Of a DNA stretch of 64,000 bases, positions 47,342 to 56,941 are shown piece by piece (the stretch's first letter is position 1; the number at the start of each line of letters is the position of its first letter). The translations under genes and the position numbers were made by a program. The notes under the pieces are model-generated. The model saw only the letters and a program-made list of their open reading frames with translations. It did no database searches and was not told where the DNA came from. The stretch is from an uncultured Planctomycetota bacterium. Its GTDB lineage: Bacteria > Planctomycetota > Phycisphaerae > Tepidisphaerales > Tepidisphaeraceae. The DNA is taken from NCBI GenBank assembly GCA_963841915.1, contig CAWJEN010000006.1, forward strand, positions 512,001-576,000. Direction: 5' to 3'.

Positions 47342-48487
47342 ATGACAAACCGAGCCGCCCGATCGATTACCCGTTCCGTCCGCCGTGTAGCACTGTCTGC
47401 CTTGGCGGCGGCGGCGGTGGTCTCTGCCTTTGCTGTCGCGCCGGTCCAGGCCGAGCCTCAAGCCGTTGGTGTCAACGCCGAGCAGGACGAAAGCACCCTG
47501 TTCATCCGTTTTCGTGACCTTCGCAATGGCGGCGTCCTCGAAACCAGCATCGTCACCTACGTCAACGACGCAGGCCAGGAGGTCGACCTCATCGGTGCCG
47601 TCCATGTCGGTGACGAGGCGTATTACGATCTGCTCGACGAGCGCTTTGCCGGGTATGACGTGCTGCTGTACGAGATGGTCAAGCCCAAGAACGTCGACAT
47701 GGCCGCCCGCAACCGGGCGACGGAGGAGCCGCCATTTGCGATGAAGCTCATCGGCGGGCTGCAGAAGGGCATGCAGCTCGCGCTCGAACTCGACTTCCAA
47801 ACCGAGGAAATCAACTACTCTGCTGCTAATTTTGTCCACGCCGATCTTGACCTTGAAACATTCATGCAGCTCCAGGAGGAGCGTGGCGAAAGCTTCCTTG
47901 ACCTCATGATCAAGCAGATGGTCAACGACATCATGCGACCGGCCGAGGCCAACGGGCGGGCTCAGCCGCAGGTGTCGCTGCTGGAGATCATGGATGCAAT
48001 GAACGCGCCCGACCGTGCCCGTCGACTCAAGCTGTTGTTCGCCCGTGAGCTGTCACGCATGGACGACCTGTCGGCCGTCTTCAACTCAGGCGAAGAGGGT
48101 TCGGTCATCCTCGATGTGCGAAACGAGAAGGCGGTCGAAGTGCTCGACAGCGAGCTGGCCAGGGCCGGCATCGACGAGATCGGCATCTTTTACGGGGCCG
48201 CTCACATGAAGGGCATCGCCGAACTGCTTGAAGAGCGTGGCTTCCGCCGCCAGGGCCAGCCGGAATATCTCGTGGCTTGGGACATGACGCTCGACAACCG
48301 CGGGCGTCGCGAGATGCAGGAACTGACGCGTCAGGCCATAATCGAGAATGCGGGTGGCGCGGCAGAAGGTGGCGCGGCAGCGGCGGCGATGAAGGCCGAG
48401 CTTGACGGACTGCGTCGTGAGAACGAAGCCCTTCGCCGCCAGGTGCAAGCCCTTCGTCAGCAGCTCGAAGCTGCCGACAAAGAGTAA
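47342..48487 (+). CDS. Conserved exported hypothetical protein (possibly TraB/TIKI-like) with C-terminal coiled coil
   Basis: Signal peptide; VDLIGAVHVGD, LLYEMV, FVHADL, RN, IFYGAAHM. Confidence 0.7.
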   Translation: MTNRAARSITRSVRRVALSALAAAAVVSAFAVAPVQAEPQAVGVNAEQDESTLFIRFRDLRNGGVLETSIVTYVNDAGQEVDLIGAVHVGDEAYYDLLDERFAGYDVLLYEMVKPKNVDMAARNRATEEPPFAMKLIGGLQKGMQLALELDFQTEEINYSAANFVHADLDLETFMQLQEERGESFLDLMIKQMVNDIMRPAEANGRAQPQVSLLEIMDAMNAPDRARRLKLLFARELSRMDDLSAVFNSGEEGSVILDVRNEKAVEVLDSELARAGIDEIGIFYGAAHMKGIAELLEERGFRRQGQPEYLVAWDMTLDNRGRREMQELTRQAIIENAGGAAEGGAAAAAMKAELDGLRRENEALRRQVQALRQQLEAADKE

Positions 48488-48538
48488 GCGACTGACTAGG
48501 AGTAAGCGACTGACGAGCGAGGCAGGGCCGCATCTTGC

Positions 48539-49765
48539 TCATGCGGCCATGGCGACATCGTCCTCAGTCTCGCCCTCAGGATCGCCACTGAGACGGGAGC
48601 AGATGTCTTGGAGTCGCTGAATGGCAACAGCGGCTTCTGCAACGCTCATTGTCGCGTCGAGGCTTACCACCGCCTCGGCGGCGGCTTCAGTGACGGGCGT
48701 GAAGCCGAAGCTCGTCCCGCCGCCACGCAGGCTCACGCACAGGGCCCGGCACTTGGCGAGATTATCACTCGTGACGGCCGACTGCAGGTCGCTGCACAGG
48801 CTGGCTGCGTTGTTGACGAAGTCGACGACCATCGGCCTCATTTCCGCTTGACTGCTGACGGTGCTGTGAATCTTCTCTCCGTCGCTGCTTGCTCCACCTG
48901 AATTGGCGAGCCAGCCTGCGACGCTGGCGATGAGCTTCTCTGCGTCGTAGGGCTTGCTGAGGATGCCACACGCACCGGCCTCGCGAACTCTGCGAAGCGT
49001 CTCCTGGTTCGACTCGGCGGTGCAGGCGGCGACCCGCGGGACGGCTACGTCCAGGACACGCCGCACGACCTCTTCGGCCGGAACGTCTGCTTCGTCACCG
49101 GCAAGGTTCAAGTCGACGATGGCCAGCACGAACGGGTTCTTCGCCGACTGGTTGGCAAGGGCCTCGCAGGCCTCGCTGAGCTTGGAGACGCCGGTCAGTT
49201 CGATTTTGGTCCGACGCAGGTGGTGCTGCATGAGACGTCGATCAAGCTCATTGTCGTCGAGCAGGAGCACGCGGCCGCTGACCGTCTGCGGGTTGCGGGC
49301 ATCAACCTCGAGCACGTTTGCGTTCTCGGGATCGAGGTAAAGCTTGGGAAAGATGCGCCGGTCAAACTTGACGCCGACGGTGTGCCACGAGCCAGCGATG
49401 TGGTCGCAATGCTGTACCTGTCCGCGGACGGTGTCTTCGCCACCGATGTAGCGGTTGAGGGTGACGTCGCAGCGGGTTCCAACGTGCAGGTAGCCGCCGT
49501 GGATGAAGCTCAGGCCACCAGCGGAGAGGTCACGGGTCAGAACGGTGCGTTCGGTGATGGAGCCGCCGGGGTGGTGGACCAGGAGTCCGACGCCGCTACG
49601 TCGGTAGGTGATTCGGGCGCTGCGGCGACCGCTTTTGCCGTTGTCGGCAGCGTCTTTGGCATCAAGACGGTCGAGGAGTGCTTGAAGCTGCTCCTCCTGC
49701 TTGCCGTTGCCGCTTTTTGGCTGCATGACGGCCTTGCCTGGCTGCTTGAGCGATCGCGATTGCAT
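48539..49765 (-). CDS. PilZ - receiver - Hpt-like signalling protein
   Basis: RRSAR (RxxxR) and DLSAGG (DxSxxG); LLLDD, IVDLNL, SKPY; Hpt-like SLRGGGTSFGF. Confidence 0.82.
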   Translation of the reverse strand: MQSRSLKQPGKAVMQPKSGNGKQEEQLQALLDRLDAKDAADNGKSGRRSARITYRRSGVGLLVHHPGGSITERTVLTRDLSAGGLSFIHGGYLHVGTRCDVTLNRYIGGEDTVRGQVQHCDHIAGSWHTVGVKFDRRIFPKLYLDPENANVLEVDARNPQTVSGRVLLLDDNELDRRLMQHHLRRTKIELTGVSKLSEACEALANQSAKNPFVLAIVDLNLAGDEADVPAEEVVRRVLDVAVPRVAACTAESNQETLRRVREAGACGILSKPYDAEKLIASVAGWLANSGGASSDGEKIHSTVSSQAEMRPMVVDFVNNAASLCSDLQSAVTSDNLAKCRALCVSLRGGGTSFGFTPVTEAAAEAVVSLDATMSVAEAAVAIQRLQDICSRLSGDPEGETEDDVAMAA

Positions 49766-49865
49766 GATGAGGCGTTGGGTGACGTCGTCAGGTGTGGTGT
49801 TGCTGGTGGACGAAGGCGTCGTGCCTGCATCGCAGCCGGTGTTGGAACCCCCGCCCACGCCTACT

Positions 49866-49893
49866 TTGTCGACCGACTCAAGGGGACGGTTTA
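49866..49893 (-). promoter_or_regulatory. Sigma28-like promoter
   Basis: TAAA-N16-GTCGACAA about 100 bp upstream of ATG 49765. Confidence 0.45.
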
Positions 49894-50063
49894 AGAGGTC
49901 TGACAGAAGATCGGCCCGATGAGCACGGAGCCCCTGCCGCATGTGGCTGCGAGCGCAGCTATGGAGGAACGATCATCGACGGGTTTAAGCTGCAGGCACG
50001 TTCAGGCCGACGCGTAGGTTCCTGCTCCGCTCGTTCAGGTCGCTCTCACCGCCTTTAGATGTC

Positions 50064-51329
50064 ATGACGCTCGCAGACCCTGCTTCGCCTACTTCTGTCA
50101 GTGTCCCGCAACAGCTGCCGTCGGTGCCGGCGGTGGCGGTGTTGGTGCCCGAGTTCCCGTCGCAGACGCACGTCTTCTTCTGGCGTGAGATTCTGGGCTG
50201 GCGGGGTGCGGGGGCGACGGTGGACCTGCTCAGCACGCGTCGTCCGCCCGACGACGCCTGCCGCCACGAGTTTGCCGACGAGGCTCGTCGGCAGACGCAC
50301 TATCTGTGGCCACCTGCCAAGCGCGACGTCTTTGCCGGGCTTCTCGTGTCGCCCAAGCGTTGGAAGCTCGGGCTGAAATATGTCGCCTCGCTGTCAGAAT
50401 CGTCTTTGAAGGGCCGCCTGAAGGTAAGTTTTTTGCTCGCCTCGGCGGCCGACCTGGTCGCTTGGGCTCGCAATCGCAACGTCCGGCATGTCCATTGTCA
50501 CAGCTTCGCCGATGCCGCCCATGTCTGCCGCATCGCCCGGTTGTTCGGCGGGCCGACCTACTCGCTGACACTTCACGGCGACCTGCCGGTCTACGGCACC
50601 GATCATAAGAAGAAGATTGCCGAATGCTCCGCCGTCGGATGCGACGGGCCGCACCTCGTCGAGCAGCTTGTCGGGCTCGGCTACCCGAAGGAGCGGGTGC
50701 TTCCAAACTGGATGGGCGTCAACACAGACGACTTCCAGCCGACTCCGCCCGATCCCACGCCTAAGCGACTCCGGCTGATCACGGTGGCCCGACTTGGCCC
50801 GAGCAAGGGCCACCGTTATGCCGTGCAGGCGGTCGGCAAGCTGGTGAGCGAGGGTCACGACATCACGTACAGCCTCGTCGGTGAGGGCGAGGAGCGGAAC
50901 AGCATCCGTGAAGAAGCCAAGGCCGCCGGTGTGGCCGACCGGGTGCACTTCTTCGGCACGTTGGGCGAAGGTGACGTGCGACGGCAGCTAGTCGAGCACG
51001 ACGCTTTCGTCCTGCCGAGCGTCGGACTCGGCGAGGCGGGGCCGATCAGCGTCATGGAAGCCATGGCCTGCGGATTACCGGTCGTTGCCAGCAAGATTGG
51101 AGCGACGACAACCATGATCCAAGATGGCAACACCGGCTTTCTCTGTGATCAGCAGGACGTCGACGGGCTGGCAGCTGCGCTCGGACAACTGTCGAGTGAC
51201 CCGGCGGTCCGGCAGCGTCTGGGTGAGGCGGCTCGGCGTCACGCGGTCGAGCACTTCGACAGCCGCCAAACGAGCCTTCGTCTGTTTGAGCACATCCGCC
51301 GCTGGACGCCTGAGACTTTCAAGATGTAG
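50064..51329 (+). CDS. Glycosyltransferase family 4
   Basis: PEFPSQTHVFFWREI, HVHCH, VARLGPSKG, EAGPISVMEAMACGLPVV. Confidence 0.92.
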   Translation: MTLADPASPTSVSVPQQLPSVPAVAVLVPEFPSQTHVFFWREILGWRGAGATVDLLSTRRPPDDACRHEFADEARRQTHYLWPPAKRDVFAGLLVSPKRWKLGLKYVASLSESSLKGRLKVSFLLASAADLVAWARNRNVRHVHCHSFADAAHVCRIARLFGGPTYSLTLHGDLPVYGTDHKKKIAECSAVGCDGPHLVEQLVGLGYPKERVLPNWMGVNTDDFQPTPPDPTPKRLRLITVARLGPSKGHRYAVQAVGKLVSEGHDITYSLVGEGEERNSIREEAKAAGVADRVHFFGTLGEGDVRRQLVEHDAFVLPSVGLGEAGPISVMEAMACGLPVVASKIGATTTMIQDGNTGFLCDQQDVDGLAAALGQLSSDPAVRQRLGEAARRHAVEHFDSRQTSLRLFEHIRRWTPETFKM

Positions 51330-51398
51330 ATGCGACTTGACATTTAGCTGACGCATCGAGCTTCATCGACGCCTGCTGGCACCCGATGCACGGGTGTT

Positions 51399-54300
51399 GT
51401 GCCCACTAAACCTGCCGAAACTCGCAGAGCTGCAGCCAATCTGACTGAACCGTCCGATCAGACGGAGGCTCTGGCGTGTGCGGTACTCCAACAGCCCGCG
51501 CCGCAAACAACCGGCATCCTGACGTGGCTGCGCTGGCTGCATGCGACGAGCCTGTTGTTGATGATCGGCCTGATGCTGATCGGTGGGTACACGCTTTGGG
51601 AGGTCATTGCTGCTGCGAAGCCGGACGGTGAATTGGTCAATCGCGCTGGCCGCCAGCGGATGCTCAGCCAGCGGGTGGCACGCCTTGGTCTGGAGGTTGC
51701 TGTCGCGTCTGGTCCTCAAGCCGGTACGGTAACGCGGGATGCCTTACGGCAGGTGACGGATGTTTTTGAGCAGAACGGAAGTTGGCTCAAAGCCAACGGC
51801 GTCTTTGATCCTGAAGTCTCGGCCAACGTGCCGGCGAAGGCAGATCGACTCGTACACGTCGCTCGCGACCTTGCCGAAGCGACACCCGGCGAGTCGATGT
51901 CGGTGGCTCGTGCTGTTCTGGCTGCCAGCGACGAGTTTCTACCCGCGATGGAGCAAGCCGTTGCCGAAGCGGAGCGGCAGGCGACCGCACGCTTAAGTGC
52001 GGGTGAGCAACGCATCGTGATCCTGCTCTGCGCGAGTCTGGTGGTGTTAGCCGCACAAGTTCGATTCGTGTACCTGCCCGCACAGCGTCGGGTGCGTCGC
52101 GGGCTTGATGCCGAGCGAGAGGTTGGACTTGGATCACGTCGGTGGGCGTTGGCAGAGATGGGAGAACGCCGTGCGGTCGATGCGGTCCGGGCTTCGTTGC
52201 AAAAGGCGGTTGATCGTTATGCCGCCGCCGAAAAACGGGCCAGGGAAGAAGACGATAAACGGCGGGACATGGAGGTCCGCTACGACCTTGCCGTCAATGG
52301 GACGAATGATGGCTTCTGGGACTGGGACCTCCGCACCAATCAACTTTACTTCTCACCGGCGTACGGGCGACAACTCGGATACGAACAAGGAGAACTCGAG
52401 GCGAGCTTCGAGATTTGGAACGAAATCTGCCACCCTGACGACCTCGAATCGACGATGGCTGCTATGCAGGCACATCTCATGGATCCGAGCGTCGCTTACC
52501 GTGCGACCTTCCGGCTCAAGCATCGGTTCGGTGGGTGGCGCTGGATGGAAGCCCAGGGTCAGGCCGCGCGGAACGACAAGGGCGAGCTTATCCGTTTTGC
52601 CGGCTCTAATCGTGATGTGACCGACGAGCGTGAGCGACAAAGGCGACTGCGCGAACAGGGCCGCATCCTGGGTCAGTTCGTCACCCACACGCCGGCTGCG
52701 GTGGCGATGCTCGACAAGCACATGTGCTACCTCGCGGTCAGCAATCGCTGGCTAACCGACTACGGCCTTTCGGGTCGATTCGAAGCGGACGAGCTGGTTG
52801 GTCAATGTCACTACGACGTTTTCCCGGACATTCCCGACCGTTGGAAGGAACACCACAAGCGCGTGTTGGCCGGCGAGCACCTCGAGAGCGATCACGACAT
52901 CTTCGAGCGCGAAGACGGGCCGGACGTCCACCTTCGATACAAGCTGCATCCATTCTTCAACGACGACGGCAGTGTGGGCGGCATGCTCATGTTCACCGAG
53001 GTCATCACCGAGCGATACGAGGCCGAAGCGGCAATGGCCCGGCAGCAGGCGTTGCTGTCTGCCGTGTTGTCGGCGGTGCCGAACATGCTGTACTGGAAGA
53101 ATGCCCAAGGCCGCTACGAGGGCGCGAGCGAGGCCATGCTGAAGGCGTTGAACCTCAACGACCCCGTCGAACTCATCGGCCGCACTGACGCGCAGACGCC
53201 ACTGGCCGCTAGCAGTGAAGAGTTTGCCGCAGGCGAGCGTGAAGCCGTCGCCGCCGGCGGCAAGGTGGTCACCTCCGAGCACGACGTACCGCTCATCGGC
53301 CCGGACGGATCTGGCGCAGTCCGCACCTGGAATGCCTCGCGGATTGCAATTTCTGACGCAGAAGGCAACACGGTTGGCGTGGTCGGTGTGTTTGAAGACG
53401 TCACCGAACGCCGGCTTGCCGAAGTCGAGTTGCTCGACACGAATCAGCGGATGTTCCATCTGACGGGTGAACTCGAGGAGCGCGGCGAACAGCTCACGGC
53501 AATTGCTGCAGAGTCGGATCGCCTGCGGAAGGACGCGCTGGAACTCAAGGACCGCGCTGAACATGCCAGCCGTGCCAAGGGCGACTTCATCGCCGATGTG
53601 AGTCATGAAATTCGCACCCCGATGGCGGCCATCATGGGCTACGCCGAGGGTCTGGCGACGGACGATCCCGCGGCCGCCCGGGCCGCTGCACAAGCGATTG
53701 GTCGCAACGGCCGACACCTTCTCGCGCTGCTAAATGACGTCCTCGACGCCAGCAAGCTCGAAGCCGGCATGGCCAAGCCTGAGCTTGCGCCGTCCGATAT
53801 CCGCACGATTGTCGAAGACGTTGCCGTCGCAATGGGCGACACGTGCGCGAGTAAGAACATCGTTTTCGAGACGAAAGTCGACGCAGAGGTTCCTGCCGCA
53901 GTGCGAACGGATGGCCGACGCCTTCGCCAGATTCTCTTTAACCTTGCCGGCAATGCCGTCAAGTTCACGCGTCAGGGTTCAGTTAAGATCGACGTGGCGT
54001 GGAAGGACGAGCGACTCGACGTTGCAGTCACTGACACCGGCGTTGGTGTGCCGGCCGACAAACTTCATCTGCTGTTCGGTCGCTACGACCAGGCCGACAG
54101 AACAGTGGAACGCCAATTTGGTGGCACCGGGCTTGGCTTGTCGATCAGCCTCCAACTTGCAGAATTGCTTGGTGGCTCAATCACCGTCGACAGCACGCAC
54201 GGCGTCGGCTCCGTGTTCCGCGTCACGCTGGCAGCACCGGCAGTCGATCTCGTTACTGCTGAACCCGTGCGAGATGCCGCACCGGCCGCCACGTGCCCGC

Positions 54301-55019
54301 ACACACGCGTGTTGCTGGCAGAGGACAATGACGACCTGCGTCGACTTGCGATGCTGATGTTGAAAGGCAGCAACTTCGACATCACGGCCGCCAGTGACGG
54401 CGGCGAAGCATTGGAGCTTGCACAAGCGGCCAACGCGGCGAATCAACCCTTTGGCGTCGCGCTCATTGACCTGCACATGCCGGTCTACGACGGCCTCGAA
54501 GTGTGCCAACGCCTCCGCGTGATGGACCCGTCGATGCAGTTCATCGCTCTTACGGCCGCCGGTCACCAGGCCGCTAAGCAGTTTGCAGAGGTCGGATGCG
54601 ACACCATTCTGACGAAGCCGGTCGACCGTTCGGAACTTCGCGACGCAGTCACGCGCAAAGCGTCTGCTTGGCATGACGCCAATGCGGCCGTCAGAGCAAC
54701 CGTGTCGGCTGTCGAAGCTGACGAAGGCAATGCCGCCATGGCGGAATTGTCGGCGAGTTACGCAGCCAAGTTCGAGCAGACGGCGGTCGACCTGCGACGG
54801 GCGGGATCGGCCGGTGAAACGGCCGCAGTCCGTAAGATTGCGCACGACCTCAAGTCCGCCGCCTCATTCGGCTTCGCCGCCATCGGTCCCATAGCCGGCA
54901 CGGCAGAGGCGGAGGCGGATCGACTTCTGGCAGGTGAACTCGTCGACCTGCGTGAGCCGGTCGAGGCACTGGCGTCGGCATTGGAGGCGTCGATCGTGCC
55001 GACACGCCGGGCGGCGTGA
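51399..55019 (+). CDS. Hybrid sensor histidine kinase (PilJ/NarX-like sensor, 3 PAS, HisKA, HATPase, REC, Hpt)
   Basis: NRAGRQRMLSQR between two TMs; DGFWDWD, HPDD; SHEIRTPM, NLAGNAVKFT, DTGVG, GGTGLGL; AEDN, IDLHMP, TKP; AHDLK; start uncertain. Confidence 0.92.
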   Translation: MPTKPAETRRAAANLTEPSDQTEALACAVLQQPAPQTTGILTWLRWLHATSLLLMIGLMLIGGYTLWEVIAAAKPDGELVNRAGRQRMLSQRVARLGLEVAVASGPQAGTVTRDALRQVTDVFEQNGSWLKANGVFDPEVSANVPAKADRLVHVARDLAEATPGESMSVARAVLAASDEFLPAMEQAVAEAERQATARLSAGEQRIVILLCASLVVLAAQVRFVYLPAQRRVRRGLDAEREVGLGSRRWALAEMGERRAVDAVRASLQKAVDRYAAAEKRAREEDDKRRDMEVRYDLAVNGTNDGFWDWDLRTNQLYFSPAYGRQLGYEQGELEASFEIWNEICHPDDLESTMAAMQAHLMDPSVAYRATFRLKHRFGGWRWMEAQGQAARNDKGELIRFAGSNRDVTDERERQRRLREQGRILGQFVTHTPAAVAMLDKHMCYLAVSNRWLTDYGLSGRFEADELVGQCHYDVFPDIPDRWKEHHKRVLAGEHLESDHDIFEREDGPDVHLRYKLHPFFNDDGSVGGMLMFTEVITERYEAEAAMARQQALLSAVLSAVPNMLYWKNAQGRYEGASEAMLKALNLNDPVELIGRTDAQTPLAASSEEFAAGEREAVAAGGKVVTSEHDVPLIGPDGSGAVRTWNASRIAISDAEGNTVGVVGVFEDVTERRLAEVELLDTNQRMFHLTGELEERGEQLTAIAAESDRLRKDALELKDRAEHASRAKGDFIADVSHEIRTPMAAIMGYAEGLATDDPAAARAAAQAIGRNGRHLLALLNDVLDASKLEAGMAKPELAPSDIRTIVEDVAVAMGDTCASKNIVFETKVDAEVPAAVRTDGRRLRQILFNLAGNAVKFTRQGSVKIDVAWKDERLDVAVTDTGVGVPADKLHLLFGRYDQADRTVERQFGGTGLGLSISLQLAELLGGSITVDSTHGVGSVFRVTLAAPAVDLVTAEPVRDAAPAATCPHTRVLLAEDNDDLRRLAMLMLKGSNFDITAASDGGEALELAQAANAANQPFGVALIDLHMPVYDGLEVCQRLRVMDPSMQFIALTAAGHQAAKQFAEVGCDTILTKPVDRSELRDAVTRKASAWHDANAAVRATVSAVEADEGNAAMAELSASYAAKFEQTAVDLRRAGSAGETAAVRKIAHDLKSAASFGFAAIGPIAGTAEAEADRLLAGELVDLREPVEALASALEASIVPTRRAA

Positions 55020-55020
55020 A

Positions 55021-55599
55021 TCACGAACCGCGGAGAGCGAGGATCAGCTCGATTTCACCAGCAGGCCGCTTGACCTTGCGGGCGATCTGGTCGAGTGGTT
55101 CACCTGCGTCGGCCAAGTCGTAGATGTCGCGGTGGGCGGCGATGCCGGCCAGCCCGCTGTCGGCCGGGCCGCTCTTACCGGCTGATACGGCTTTGACCAA
55201 CTCGGCCGCCTTGGCCTTGGCGGCGTCGACTTGCGACACCGGTGCCGCTGACTGGGTCGCCCGTGACAACTGCTGAATCGCCACATCAGCCTCGGCCAGC
55301 AATGCCTCGAGCTTGGCCGCCTTGGCATCGAGCTCGCCGCCCATGCGACGCGACAGCGACTCGAGGTCGAGGACAAGCGACTGCATCGCCCGCTCCGTCG
55401 AGCGTTCGGCGGCCAGGCTTCGGCCCTGCGTCGCCGGCTTGTTCAGCGGGTCACGACGCTGCTTGCGTCGCTCCTTGGCCGGCCGGATGAGCAGCAGGTA
55501 AATCAGCGTCAGCGCACCAATCGCTAGTGCCGCGACGGCGTAAGGGTCGCTCGTGTCGAGCGACGAGTCGGACTGAGCTAGTAGAAAGGCGGTGGTCAT
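55021..55599 (-). CDS. Membrane-anchored coiled-coil protein with C-terminal HTH-like motif (DUF2802/DUF6115-like)
   Basis: N-terminal TM, coiled coil, IYDLADAG...IAR.V.RP.GEIELILAL. Confidence 0.6.
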   Translation of the reverse strand: MTTAFLLAQSDSSLDTSDPYAVAALAIGALTLIYLLLIRPAKERRKQRRDPLNKPATQGRSLAAERSTERAMQSLVLDLESLSRRMGGELDAKAAKLEALLAEADVAIQQLSRATQSAAPVSQVDAAKAKAAELVKAVSAGKSGPADSGLAGIAAHRDIYDLADAGEPLDQIARKVKRPAGEIELILALRGS

Positions 55600-55671
55600 G
55601 GCGTCACGTCCTGTGACTGTGGGGAGCGTCACGCGTCCTGCGCGACGTGTCAAATCCGGCTGTAGCTGGCC

Positions 55672-56841
55672 CTAAGAACGACTGCTGTTCAGCAGCACGT
55701 CTTCGAGCGCCTCGTTCAACGCGTTGCACGATCGCTCGACCTGGTCGGGTGTAATCGTGCTGAAGAATGGCAACGCCAGCGTCCGGTCGCTGACCCGCTC
55801 GCACACCGGGAAGTCGCCGACTTTGTGGCCCAGACGCTCAACCATGAACGGCTGCAAGTGGATCGGCGGGAAGTAGTTGTTGCAGCCGATGCCACGGAGC
55901 CGCAGGCGGCGGATGACCTCGTCGCGGTCACCTGGCTCGAACAGTTCATTCAGCCGTACGACGAAGACGAACCAGCTGGCCGCCTCGTCCTCGTCGAGCG
56001 TCGGAAGGATCAGGAAGCGGTTGTCCATCAGCCGCTCGGTGTACATCGCGGCAGCGTTCCGCCTGCCTTCGAGGATCTCGGGTAGCCGGTCGACCTGGAC
56101 GCAGCCCATGGCCGAGTTGATCTCGCTGAGCCGGTAGTTGTACCCGAGCCTCGCGTGGGCCAACCAGCCCATGCCGTCGCGGCCCTGGTTCCGCAGGCTC
56201 CGGCACATGTCTGCGAAGCGGTCGTCATCGGTGACGATCATGCCGCCCTCGCCGGTGGTGATCTGTTTGTTGGGATAGAAGCCGAAGACGCCCGCGCGGC
56301 CGAATGAGCCGATCGGGCGGTCGCCGAGACGTCCACCAAAGCCTTCGCAGCAGTCTTCGATGAGCGTGACTTCGTTGCGTCGGCAAACGCGCTCGAGGTC
56401 GTCCATGCCACCCGGATGGCCGAAGGTTTCAACGGCGACCATCGCCTTTGTCTTATTCGTGATGGCCGCTTCGGCCAAGGCCGGGTCCATGTTCAGCGTT
56501 TGGGGGTCAATGTCGGCGAAGACCGGCTTGGCGTCCACAAACAATGCGGCGTTCGCACTGGCGACGAAGGAGAAGGGCGTCGTGACCACTTCGTCACCCG
56601 CGTCGACGCCGGCTGCAATCATGCAGCAGTGCAGGCCGGCCGTCCCGCTGGAGACGGCGATCCCGAATTTGCGACCGGCGACGGCGGCACACTTCTCCTC
56701 AAACTCCTCGACCTTCGGGCCCAGCGACAGCGTGCCCGACTGCATGACGGCCACGACCGCATCGATCTCGGCCTGCGTGATGTCAGGGTTCGACAGCGGA
56801 ACGAGATTGGGCGTGGTTTTGGGCGGGTGGGTGGCACTCAT
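55672..56841 (-). CDS. DegT/DnrJ/EryC1/StrS PLP-dependent aminotransferase
   Basis: SSGTAGLH, TTPFSFVAS, IEDCCE, FYPNKQITTGEGG, GYNYRL. Confidence 0.95.
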   Translation of the reverse strand: MSATHPPKTTPNLVPLSNPDITQAEIDAVVAVMQSGTLSLGPKVEEFEEKCAAVAGRKFGIAVSSGTAGLHCCMIAAGVDAGDEVVTTPFSFVASANAALFVDAKPVFADIDPQTLNMDPALAEAAITNKTKAMVAVETFGHPGGMDDLERVCRRNEVTLIEDCCEGFGGRLGDRPIGSFGRAGVFGFYPNKQITTGEGGMIVTDDDRFADMCRSLRNQGRDGMGWLAHARLGYNYRLSEINSAMGCVQVDRLPEILEGRRNAAAMYTERLMDNRFLILPTLDEDEAASWFVFVVRLNELFEPGDRDEVIRRLRLRGIGCNNYFPPIHLQPFMVERLGHKVGDFPVCERVSDRTLALPFFSTITPDQVERSCNALNEALEDVLLNSSRS

Positions 56842-56941
56842 GCGAAAGGGCTGCGGGTCCGATAACTGTATCGGACACAACCAGAGCGACGCTTGAGGTG
56901 CCGTAGGGTGGTCCCCGGCTCACCAGAGACCAAACCACCGG

